DNA of 43,655 nucleotides. Source: a phage. Shown here piece by piece: positions 8,682-15,913 of the stretch. Numbering within the stretch: the stretch's first letter is position 1; every line of letters begins with the position of its first letter. The notes beneath the pieces are model-generated. The model was not told where the DNA came from and made no database searches. It saw only the letters and a list, made by a program, of their open reading frames with translations. The stretch lies in assembly GCA_029093185.1 (NCBI GenBank), contig GCA_029093185.1_4348.1; one strand, given 5' to 3'. A program made the position numbers and the translations under genes.

Positions 8682-8915
8682 TTATTCCAGGTCTTCTAAA
8701 GTGGCTGTCACCCCACGAACTTCGGCAACAGCACTATATCTCCCGCCAACATTTTTCACGACACCAGATTTAACCAGCACCTTCAACGACCCTTCAATGA
8801 TGGCGGAACTATAGTACCTAAAATAACTGCGGCGCAAGTCCATAACGCTGCACGACCCTTTTTTACGTGTTACCGAAACAACCGCCGTAAATACGCGTGA
8901 CTGGAACTCGGTCAT
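8682..8915 (-). CDS. Hypothetical replication-associated protein
   Basis: 77 aa; C-terminus ends TLEDLE, matching the tails of the nuclease and primase-helicase. Confidence 0.5.
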   Translation of the reverse strand: MTEFQSRVFTAVVSVTRKKGSCSVMDLRRSYFRYYSSAIIEGSLKVLVKSGVVKNVGGRYSAVAEVRGVTATLEDLE

Positions 8916-9106
8916 TTTACATTCTCCTTAATCCACGCTTCTACTTTCTCCGGGTCGAACGTACCAGGCTGCCGGCGGCCCATAATACGGATACAACAAT
9001 CCGGGAACTTCCCACTCTTTAACCAGTTATTCAGCGTGCGACGAGTAACCCCGATACGCTCAGCTACCTCATTCTGTGTCATTCTCAAACCCTCATTATC
9101 AGTCAA
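8912..9106 (-). CDS. AlpA/excisionase-like HTH DNA-binding protein
   Basis: 64 aa; LRMTQNEVAERIGVTRRTLNNWLKSGKFP; first gene of the minus-strand operon. Confidence 0.6.
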   Translation of the reverse strand: MTDNEGLRMTQNEVAERIGVTRRTLNNWLKSGKFPDCCIRIMGRRQPGTFDPEKVEAWIKENVK

Positions 9107-9522
9107 CGAAACTTAGTATACATTGCGAATAATGGGAAATCAAACATAATCGCACCTATTGACATTATGAAAATCTTCGTTTAAGGTGCTTTTGTATCTT
9201 AGTTACTTTGATTCCTGTTCACCTTGTAAAACCGCTTAAAACGCAGCTGCGCGCAGCGCAAGCAAAGTGTTAAGCGAAAGTTTACTGAACATAAGAATTA
9301 TCGTAACTTTCCTTCCTAAGTATCTCCGGTTGCCCTGGGCAAGCTCTATTCTCATCGGCAGCATATCTCTTAAGTATCTGATTTTCTTAATGTGCCGTAG
9401 ATTCGCAACCGTAAAAATGTAACGATTATTGGGCAGGCTTAAGCCTGCCCTTTAGCTACCAAGTAATAAGAATAAAGGCACAACCCTCCCCGAAGAATCA
9501 CAACGGCAACGTAACTATTCTC

Positions 9523-9556
9523 TTGCACACCCCAACATAATAGGTTACTATTCACT
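9523..9556 (+). promoter_or_regulatory. Early promoter (TTGCAC-17-TACTAT) with operator palindrome
   Basis: TTGCAC 9523-9528, 17-nt spacer, TACTAT 9546-9551; TAATAG-GTTA-CTATTC overlaps the -10. Confidence 0.55.
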
Positions 9557-9585
9557 TATCGAAACGAGACATAAGGAATTTAGAA

Positions 9586-9804
9586 ATGAACAAAGCGACC
9601 GCAAGCGTAGTTTCCGCAATCAAACAAGTTTACGGCATCGATATTTCAGAGCGCGTAATTATCGGGAACAAACGCAACTTCTTTACGTTCGGCACCGACG
9701 GTATGGATGGAAACGATTTTAACAACGTACAACGTTTCGCTATCGGTAAGGGGCTTCGTAATGAGCCTGCGGGTTACAAGAAATTCGCTATCTACTTTAA
9801 ATAA
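9586..9804 (+). CDS. Hypothetical early protein
   Basis: 72-aa ORF, first gene after the divergent control region; AAGGAA Shine-Dalgarno. Confidence 0.55.
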   Translation: MNKATASVVSAIKQVYGIDISERVIIGNKRNFFTFGTDGMDGNDFNNVQRFAIGKGLRNEPAGYKKFAIYFK

Positions 9805-9925
9805 ACCCACGGCATCTAATCATGATGCTCGTGCCGACGACTCTGAGGGAGGTTGCCGTGAATAATTACCCGTTTATTTTAATTGTCAGCGCTGTTTATG
9901 AGGCGCACGCGTTGTGGGGGTTGGT

Positions 9926-10120
9926 ATGAGTCCGTATAACCGGTTTCGTCTGGAGCGTCTACGTCACGGATTAAGTAACGCTAAATTAGCTCTCGATATA
10001 TGGGAAAGTACGCCGTATTTTTCCTCGAAGGCATGGTTTGTCGCTCGCGCTACAGCGTCCGTTCAGTACCGGGAATACAAGTTAAACAGTTTCCTTAAAC
10101 ACCATGGGGCTAAGTTATGA
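9926..10120 (+). CDS. Hypothetical early protein
   Basis: ORF 9914..10120 (GTG); the ATG at 9926 has a G-rich Shine-Dalgarno upstream. Confidence 0.4.
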   Translation: MSPYNRFRLERLRHGLSNAKLALDIWESTPYFSSKAWFVARATASVQYREYKLNSFLKHHGAKL

Positions 10121-10278
10121 GAGAAGCATTCGAACGGTGGGCCGTCGTCGATGGTCTGCCGGTTAATAAGGGTTCGAAGAAAGAGTACCTGAACGTTAAG
10201 ACGCGTCTTGCGTGGCGGGCGTGGAAAGCTGGTGCGCAATATCGGGCCGGTGTAACAGGCGGTGTAACAGGTCAATAG
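10117..10278 (+). CDS. Hypothetical small protein (53 aa)
   Basis: ATG overlaps the upstream stop (ATGA); below the 60-aa cutoff of the ORF track, found by reading the frame. Confidence 0.35.
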   Translation: MREAFERWAVVDGLPVNKGSKKEYLNVKTRLAWRAWKAGAQYRAGVTGGVTGQ

Positions 10279-10426
10279 GTTACTATTTGTCTTTGTGTCT
10301 TACGCTGCTACACAGCAGCGTACAACTTTAACTTAGTGTCGTCAAAAGGCGACACTTCCATAAGACACTGTTGGGGCAGGGATAAAGTGTCCCCAGTTAG
10401 CGACACTAAGCACCAATAAAATTTAC

Positions 10427-10455
10427 TTGCACACTAGGATAGAATAGACTACTAT
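10427..10455 (+). promoter_or_regulatory. Internal early promoter with perfect GAATAG-N4-CTATTC palindrome
   Basis: TTGCAC 10427-10432, 17 nt, TACTAT 10450-10455; GAATAG-ACTA-CTATTC. Confidence 0.5.
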
Positions 10456-10486
10456 TCATTTACACGAACGAGAGGAGATACGGAAG

Positions 10487-10636
10487 ATGGTTACTTTGAT
10501 GGTTATGGAATTCGAAAACAGCGCAGCAACTTACCGTGAGATGACTATGGCGCAGGCGTATCACCTGGCCTCAAACGGCAACTTCTACAAGGCGCAAATC
10601 ATCAACGAGTTTGGGGTAATTGACTATGAATTTTAG
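10487..10636 (+). CDS. Hypothetical small protein (49 aa)
   Basis: ATG preceded by GAGGAGA; read manually, below the ORF-track cutoff. Confidence 0.4.
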   Translation: MVTLMVMEFENSAATYREMTMAQAYHLASNGNFYKAQIINEFGVIDYEF

Positions 10637-10898
10637 CAGCTACACCGTTACCGTTGATTTTGAGGGGCTGGAGTTGCCCCTCCCCAACAACTACAGATAT
10701 GTCACGCGCGACCGTAACGGGTTTATCCAGGGGTGGCGGAACAAACCGACAGATACTGAGTTCGGGATGTCGGGCGGCGAAGAGTTGCCTATCACTTTCG
10801 GGCATCAGAGTAGCAGCGAAGAGCTTAAAACTGTGATTCGTAAGTATCGCCGCCGCGGTAACACTGGGCTTATAGCAATAACAGGTGCTGTTGAATAA
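10620..10898 (+). CDS. Hypothetical early protein
   Basis: 92-aa ORF overlapping the upstream small ORF. Confidence 0.5.
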   Translation: MTMNFSSYTVTVDFEGLELPLPNNYRYVTRDRNGFIQGWRNKPTDTEFGMSGGEELPITFGHQSSSEELKTVIRKYRRRGNTGLIAITGAVE

Positions 10899-10927
10899 GC
10901 GAGAGGAGAGACAAAGGTGAAAGAGCT

Positions 10928-11131
10928 ATGACCAGCATCTTATTTATCTGGGTATTGTCCGCAGGCCAGATGCAACTCGCAGCATCGGAAACGTTTTACT
11001 CGATGGAGGCGTGCCAGTCAGCGGCACGCGCTGCAGAGAACGCGCACTTTCTGTTTCAGGGCGACAAGCCCAACGATTCAGAGGTACGCGCTATCTGCTC
11101 ACCTAAGCGACTTGGTAAACAGGAGAAGTGA
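10928..11131 (+). CDS. Hypothetical protein with N-terminal hydrophobic segment
   Basis: 67 aa; N-terminus ILFIWVLSAGQMQLAA looks like a signal peptide or membrane anchor. Confidence 0.45.
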   Translation: MTSILFIWVLSAGQMQLAASETFYSMEACQSAARAAENAHFLFQGDKPNDSEVRAICSPKRLGKQEK

Positions 11132-11325
11132 TTATGGTACGGTTATATGAAGCACGAGGGACTGAATTAGGGGGCGACGCATTCTACGAAGATTGGGTTG
11201 AGGTTGTTCGGTATGAAGATTACGCGAAACTTGAAGCTGAGTTACAGAAATACAAAGACCAGTACCCTGATTACGTCGAGTGCGCGAACTGCGGGTCGGT
11301 TACACATGTGGAAGGGGTGGAGTAA
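11128..11325 (+). CDS. Hypothetical protein (paralog pair, member 1)
   Basis: 65 aa; YEDYAKLEAELQKYK motif shared with the next gene. Confidence 0.5.
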   Translation: MIMVRLYEARGTELGGDAFYEDWVEVVRYEDYAKLEAELQKYKDQYPDYVECANCGSVTHVEGVE

Positions 11326-11519
11326 TGGTGCAGAGATATGAGGTAAAAGCGTGGGGCCTGCCAGAGCCTGAGATGGCTGAGTACGCATACGGCGATTATG
11401 TAGAATATGACGCTTATCTGAAACTTGAAGCAAAGTTACGTGAATTCGCTAAGCAGGTGCTAGATAGCCCGTGTGACTGGAAGACAAATGAATTAGCGCG
11501 CGAGATTCTTGGAATATGA
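11325..11519 (+). CDS. Hypothetical protein (paralog pair, member 2)
   Basis: ATG 11325 overlaps the upstream stop (TAATG); YDAYLKLEAKLREFAK motif. The ORF track's longer version starts at GTG 11280. Confidence 0.45.
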   Translation: MVQRYEVKAWGLPEPEMAEYAYGDYVEYDAYLKLEAKLREFAKQVLDSPCDWKTNELAREILGI

Positions 11520-11809
11520 GCCTTGCAACTGACATCCTGAAACGAAGCGGCCTTGCGCCGCTGTCACCGAGAGCGAAGACACGTATACACAAGCGTCGCC
11601 GTAACGTGCTGTACCCAGAGATACAAGAACGGCGTAAAGCTATCCGCGCCTGTGGATTCCAGAACGGAAAGGCCGTGAATCTCGGTGAGTTTAAAACAAA
11701 GGAACGCGCAGCTATCGCGAACCGGCTATTTAATTACTGGAAATCGCTGGGGTACGATGATATTCCGACGAAACCACAGAGACGACAATACATCTGGAGA
11801 CATAAATGA
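11516..11809 (+). CDS. Hypothetical basic protein
   Basis: 97 aa, Lys/Arg-rich. Confidence 0.45.
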   Translation: MSLATDILKRSGLAPLSPRAKTRIHKRRRNVLYPEIQERRKAIRACGFQNGKAVNLGEFKTKERAAIANRLFNYWKSLGYDDIPTKPQRRQYIWRHK

Positions 11810-12246
11810 CTACTATCGCGTTTGACGGAAAGACAATGGCCTGTGATACCCGTGTTGTGTGCGGGAGTAACTGTTACAACACAGACACAAAGATATACGA
11901 GAACGAATTTGTTGTTATTGGGGCGGCTGGCGATGCAGGGGTTGGTATCCTTTTAGTGGAGGACGATAGTATTTTAGTGCCTAAGCACTACGATTTTGAT
12001 TTCTCTGCCTTGGTGTGGGTTAAAGACATCGAAACGTTGTGTAGGGTGGAGTTCTATAAATCTTGGGATTGTGCTCTTAGTTTGGTTATTCAGATTGCGG
12101 ACAGCTTTTCCGCCGTTGGTTCAGGCGCCCCTTATGCCCTAGCGGCTATGGAATGTGGGTATTCGGCGCAAGGTGGTGTAGCAGTTGCATCGAAGTTCGA
12201 CCCTGACACCGGCGGCAAGATTATTACCAAACAACTATTAGGATAA
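11806..12246 (+). CDS. HslV/proteasome-beta-like Ntn-hydrolase (putative peptidase)
   Basis: 146 aa starting M-TTIAF; DGKTMACDTR (Asp17 region), TDTKIY (Lys33 position), VIGAAGDAGVG, and AVGSGAPYALAAME resembling the HslV GSGGPYA segment. Confidence 0.5.
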   Translation: MTTIAFDGKTMACDTRVVCGSNCYNTDTKIYENEFVVIGAAGDAGVGILLVEDDSILVPKHYDFDFSALVWVKDIETLCRVEFYKSWDCALSLVIQIADSFSAVGSGAPYALAAMECGYSAQGGVAVASKFDPDTGGKIITKQLLG

Positions 12247-12305
12247 TTCCTACCCGTGGTATCCTCCAGTTACTGCATACTTAATACGCACCTGGAGGAT
12301 TCATC

Positions 12306-12614
12306 TTGGATAAATTTACTGAAACTGTGACGGGGTGGCTTCTCGCTGCCGCACTAGCCGGAGGGGTAATCGGACTAAGGCAACATAAGTCCGCTATTTC
12401 CGGCCCTATCGACGGCTTCTGCTTTATTGCAACTGGCTTCACTTGCGCCGTATTTGGCGCACCTCTCGCAGCTCAATGGTTTGGAATCACGGGCGACCGT
12501 GAAATCGCAGGCCTGGGCTTCATTATCGCTATTCTCTGGATGCCTATCTATTCCCGTCTGTCCGGTATCGTCGCCGGAGAATACATCGCACGTCGAGGAG
12601 GCCCGGATGAATGA
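12306..12614 (+). CDS. Putative holin (three predicted transmembrane segments)
   Basis: 102 aa; three hydrophobic stretches and a charged C-terminus; directly upstream of the endolysin. Confidence 0.5.
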   Translation: MDKFTETVTGWLLAAALAGGVIGLRQHKSAISGPIDGFCFIATGFTCAVFGAPLAAQWFGITGDREIAGLGFIIAILWMPIYSRLSGIVAGEYIARRGGPDE

Positions 12615-12879
12615 GTTATTCTGGTTCTGCGGTATGCTGGCAATCGGAGGCACATCGCTGTTTAATGTGTATCATCCCAGCGTTGACGACGGGCTATTTG
12701 GCCGGGTGCTCTATATCCTGACTGCTATTGTCTGCGCCGCAGGATGTATCCACCTGTTACAGGGCAGCATGTCTCCGACGCTGCCTGAGACATTAATCAC
12801 ATTAGTTGCGCTGCGCCAGATTCGTCAGGCGTGGCTGTCATACGGAGGACATAAGCGTGTCTCGAAACATTTCAGATAA
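12607..12879 (+). CDS. Putative second holin/antiholin membrane protein
   Basis: ATG 12607 overlaps the upstream stop (ATGAATGA); two hydrophobic segments; in frame with the ORF-track entry 12427..12879. Confidence 0.4.
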   Translation: MNELFWFCGMLAIGGTSLFNVYHPSVDDGLFGRVLYILTAIVCAAGCIHLLQGSMSPTLPETLITLVALRQIRQAWLSYGGHKRVSKHFR

Positions 12880-13345
12880 TGGATTGCATTTTACCGCTGC
12901 ATTCGAGGGGTTCCGTGGAACTGCGTATCGTGCTACGCCGAACGAGAAGTACCTTACTATTGGCTACGGAAGCTACGGCCCTCATGTGTATGAAGGGCAG
13001 AAGATTACGAAGGGTCAGGGACTCCTGTTACTGAATCGTGATATGGCTAAGGCCGTAGCTGCGGTTGACGCAGCGGCACACCACTCCCTGACACAGGCAC
13101 AGTTCGATGCAGTGTGCGACCTGGTCTATAACGCTGGTGCTGGTGTGATTGCCGCTGCCACCGGTACGGGTAAGGCACTGCGTTCCGGTGATGTTGCGAC
13201 GCTGCGGGCTAAGCTGGCGTTGTTCATCAACCAGAACGGCAAACCATTACTCGGCCTGCGCCGCCGTACAGCTGGTCGTCTGGCGCTGTTCGACGGTAAA
13301 CCGTGGCAGGAGGCAGAGGCTATCGGGCGCGCGGTGAAAGGTTGA
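12857..13345 (+). CDS. Endolysin, lysozyme-like (GH24/T4-lysozyme-like fold)
   Basis: FEGFRGTAY...TIGYG matches the T4-lysozyme catalytic Glu and TIGIG region; GTG 12857 has a GGAGGA Shine-Dalgarno 7 nt upstream (the ORF track starts it at 12806). Confidence 0.7.
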   Translation: MSRNISDNGLHFTAAFEGFRGTAYRATPNEKYLTIGYGSYGPHVYEGQKITKGQGLLLLNRDMAKAVAAVDAAAHHSLTQAQFDAVCDLVYNAGAGVIAAATGTGKALRSGDVATLRAKLALFINQNGKPLLGLRRRTAGRLALFDGKPWQEAEAIGRAVKG

Positions 13346-13411
13346 CACTTAGGACTAATCAGACGATACTTAAGTCACCTCCTGTTCCACCCCTCTGCTC
13401 TCCAGTTTTAT

Positions 13412-13441
13412 CCCGGCCCTGACCCAGCCGGGATTTTTTTA
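13412..13441 (+). terminator. Rho-independent terminator after the lysis cassette
   Basis: CCCGGC (13412-13417) / GCCGGG (13427-13432) followed by ATTTTTTTA. Confidence 0.6.
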
Positions 13442-13462
13442 TCTATTTTCTGCGATGACTAG

Positions 13463-13491
13463 TTGACTATTATCTATGACCATATTATATT
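13463..13491 (+). promoter_or_regulatory. Sigma70-like promoter
   Basis: TTGACT 13463-13468, 17-nt spacer, TATATT 13486-13491; immediately downstream of the terminator. Confidence 0.5.
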
Positions 13492-13525
13492 TACTCCATC
13501 GACAACGAGAACGGAGTAGAGAGAA

Positions 13526-13714
13526 ATGATGACTAAGATTAAGCATACCGATAACTGGGGCGATTCCATGGAGATAGATAAGCTCCGGGACGGGACATTA
13601 CTTATAACTTGTACTGACGTAGATAGCGGCGAATTGGTTAGTGTTAACGTGAGTATGGATGATTTTATGATTATTGTTGGGCAAGTGGCAGCTTTTTACG
13701 GAGATGATAGATGA
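13526..13714 (+). CDS. Hypothetical protein
   Basis: 62-aa ORF; GGAG-type Shine-Dalgarno. Confidence 0.5.
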   Translation: MMTKIKHTDNWGDSMEIDKLRDGTLLITCTDVDSGELVSVNVSMDDFMIIVGQVAAFYGDDR

Positions 13715-13860
13715 AAATCACGGATATCGATGCATTCGAAGACGCACAACTGATGGCACGTATCGCCGTTAGTAACCTGAGCGGCAATATCCCGGCGGAT
13801 GCGTTCTGGTCCGCTGCGATGCAGGCACTGAAAGCAGCTTATGCAGGAGGGGAGAAATGA
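13711..13860 (+). CDS. Hypothetical small protein (49 aa)
   Basis: ATGA overlap with the upstream stop; read manually. Confidence 0.35.
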   Translation: MKITDIDAFEDAQLMARIAVSNLSGNIPADAFWSAAMQALKAAYAGGEK

Positions 13861-14018
13861 GCGAACAAGGTCAAGTAAGCCAACCGTTACGAGTAGGCCG
13901 TAAAGTCAACCACACCCCGTTCCCGACACGCGAGGAACTTATGAAACGCAGCAGTTTCCCGGGGCCGGACAAGAACAAGTATCTCAATCGCATGTGGGGA
14001 GAGCGTAAAAATGACTGA
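13857..14018 (+). CDS. Hypothetical small protein (53 aa)
   Basis: ATG at 13857, 4-bp overlap with the upstream gene; GGAGGGG Shine-Dalgarno. Confidence 0.35.
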   Translation: MSEQGQVSQPLRVGRKVNHTPFPTREELMKRSSFPGPDKNKYLNRMWGERKND

Positions 14019-14196
14019 CCGTGAATACGAAAAGATGATGGTAGAGGCGGTTAACAGCGGCGTAGACATCGGTCATGTGATGCACGTCCTGAATACTAAA
14101 ATCGCGGTAGCCGAGCAAATGGTGGAGTCGCTTTATGAGACGCGCCGCGAACTGATTAACCGCTTCAACCTGAACAAAGGTGACACCAATGCCTAA
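14011..14196 (+). CDS. Hypothetical protein
   Basis: 61-aa ORF overlapping its neighbours. Confidence 0.45.
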   Translation: MTDREYEKMMVEAVNSGVDIGHVMHVLNTKIAVAEQMVESLYETRRELINRFNLNKGDTNA

Positions 14197-14488
14197 AATC
14201 ACAATTGCATCGCTCGAGCGCCGTATTATGGTGCTTGAGTCGGAGAAACAGACGTTAGGCGGGCAACTGTCAATTAACGGTGAGTTTCAACTGGAGGCGT
14301 ATAAAGAACTTCTAGAGGCGTTTAAAGAGCTACAAGCCATCGCGTCTGACATAGAAAATATGATTGGATTGTTGCAATCCGGGGAGTGGGCCGAACACTG
14401 CACTAAATCGGCGTTAGGAAAACGGCTTGAGACGGAGATTACTGACATGCTGAGTTGTCTTGTTGAGGCGCCAGATGAGCACGCCTGA
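14189..14488 (+). CDS. Hypothetical coiled-coil protein
   Basis: ATG 14189 preceded by AAAGGTGA (ORF track starts at GTG 14180); Leu/Glu heptad-like sequence. Confidence 0.45.
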   Translation: MPKITIASLERRIMVLESEKQTLGGQLSINGEFQLEAYKELLEAFKELQAIASDIENMIGLLQSGEWAEHCTKSALGKRLETEITDMLSCLVEAPDEHA

Positions 14489-14657
14489 GCCGGTAGTTAT
14501 CGATGGCGTCCTGTGGAAACCTTACTCGGTTAACCACATCGACGCCGATGGGAAGAAGTTCAGTTTCTACATTTTTGCGATTAGCCGTGAGCACGCTGCG
14601 TGTGTAGTAGACGATATACGAGAAACGGCGTGGCTTGGCGATGAGATAGTGGGGTGA
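14475..14657 (+). CDS. Hypothetical protein
   Basis: Internal ATG (MSTPEPVV) of ORF 14460..14657, overlapping the upstream gene end. Confidence 0.4.
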   Translation: MSTPEPVVIDGVLWKPYSVNHIDADGKKFSFYIFAISREHAACVVDDIRETAWLGDEIVG

Positions 14658-14744
14658 GAGCATGAGTCTTGAGGTTGTTATAAGTCTGGTTGGTCTTAGT
14701 TACTTCATTGGGCTATTGGTCGGTTTTCTGTGGGGTAGATACTA

Positions 14745-14915
14745 ATGTTCAGCGACATCAACGCAGCAATCGAAGAAGCAATCTGGCGCCGTTACAACGG
14801 CGAGCAACAGCGTCACTTCTGCCTGGTGCAACGTGGTAACATGGTCGCCGTGGTGCAGGACCGCGATAACAAATATCCGAATGCGATGTGGACAACGAGG
14901 AATTTCTTAGGATGA
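14745..14915 (+). CDS. Hypothetical small protein (56 aa)
   Basis: Read manually: ATG 14745, stop TGA 14913-14915. Confidence 0.3.
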   Translation: MFSDINAAIEEAIWRRYNGEQQRHFCLVQRGNMVAVVQDRDNKYPNAMWTTRNFLG

Positions 14916-15148
14916 TTACCAGCATTCCTAACCTGATTAAAGAATTTGGTACGATGGCGGAGACATGCCGACAAACCGGTATCAACGAAATGACGATTGC
15001 TAAGTACAGTAAAGACGTTGATTGTGAGCGCCACGTAATTTATAACAATCGTCTGATGACGCACGTTAAGACTAGCCCGGTGTTATTCACGCGCCGTGGT
15101 ATCACTAAAACTGAGCAACGTATTGCTAAAGAGGAGAGTGGGGAATGA
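14912..15148 (+). CDS. Small putative HTH protein just upstream of the terminase genes
   Basis: ATG 14912 overlaps the upstream stop; HTH-like segment MAETCRQTGINEMTIAKYSKD. Confidence 0.4.
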   Translation: MITSIPNLIKEFGTMAETCRQTGINEMTIAKYSKDVDCERHVIYNNRLMTHVKTSPVLFTRRGITKTEQRIAKEESGE

Positions 15149-15251
15149 GACTACTAGTCTTTCCGAATTCCTGGGCTATCGCCGTAGCTAACGACCATTA
15201 CGGCGGCGACGGTAAACGAGCGCCACGCCACGGCCTATATAACTGATACAA

Positions 15252-15274
15252 GCCCTCTACGGAGGGCTTTTCTG
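15252..15274 (+). terminator. Rho-independent terminator
   Basis: GCCCTC-TACG-GAGGGC followed by TTTTCT. Confidence 0.55.
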
Positions 15275-15367
15275 TACATCCCGCCCAATCCCCTTATATA
15301 ATCCCTTTAGACGCGTAGGGCGCGTCTGGTGCGCTCTGATGGTCAGACGCATATGCAAGGGGATTCT

Positions 15368-15913
15368 ATGAAGCTGAAACTTAAGCAGCCATCGCCAGAG
15401 GTGGTGCAAGCTGCACATGAAGAAGCCGTTAGCGCAAACCGTCGCCGTAAACGACCGCGCGGTAAACAGAGCATTTATCAATCATCCCGTAATTCCGCCG
15501 CGTTGTGGGACCCGGACTATTGCGATGCATTGATTCGTTTCTTCGACCGCACGTCATGGGAGCTTGTACCTACGTCTAAGGGTGACGAACGCCCGCTGAT
15601 TCAGGACAAACCGCCGTCGCTGGCCCGCTTCGCATTACACATCGGCGTCACTATCCCGATTATTAAGCTGTGGCTGCGTGAGATTCCCGCATTTGCCGAA
15701 GCCTATGAAACCGCGCAGGCGCTGGAAGATGCTTATTTCACTGAGACAGGGGCCGCCGGTATCTCGGCTACGTTTGCTGCCGCTAAGCTGGGCCTCGGCA
15801 AAGAGAAACCAGTCGAATCCGCCGAAGAAACAGCACCGACTGAGATTATTTTCAGTGTTGCAGAGCCTGTAGGTAAAATCGTAACAACGAATATGGGCGA
15901 GGCAGAGGAATGA
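15368..15913 (+). CDS. terS: Terminase small subunit
   Basis: Directly upstream of and overlapping the large terminase; basic N-terminus (RRRKRPRGK); ATG 15368 has an AAGGGGA Shine-Dalgarno (ORF track starts at 15329). Confidence 0.6.
   Translation: MKLKLKQPSPEVVQAAHEEAVSANRRRKRPRGKQSIYQSSRNSAALWDPDYCDALIRFFDRTSWELVPTSKGDERPLIQDKPPSLARFALHIGVTIPIIKLWLREIPAFAEAYETAQALEDAYFTETGAAGISATFAAAKLGLGKEKPVESAEETAPTEIIFSVAEPVGKIVTTNMGEAEE

Noticed and set aside
12806-12856. Longer N-terminal extension of the endolysin (ORF-track start 12806)
   Set aside because: The extension lies wholly inside the preceding membrane-protein gene and has no ribosome-binding site; GTG 12857 has GGAGGA at ideal spacing.
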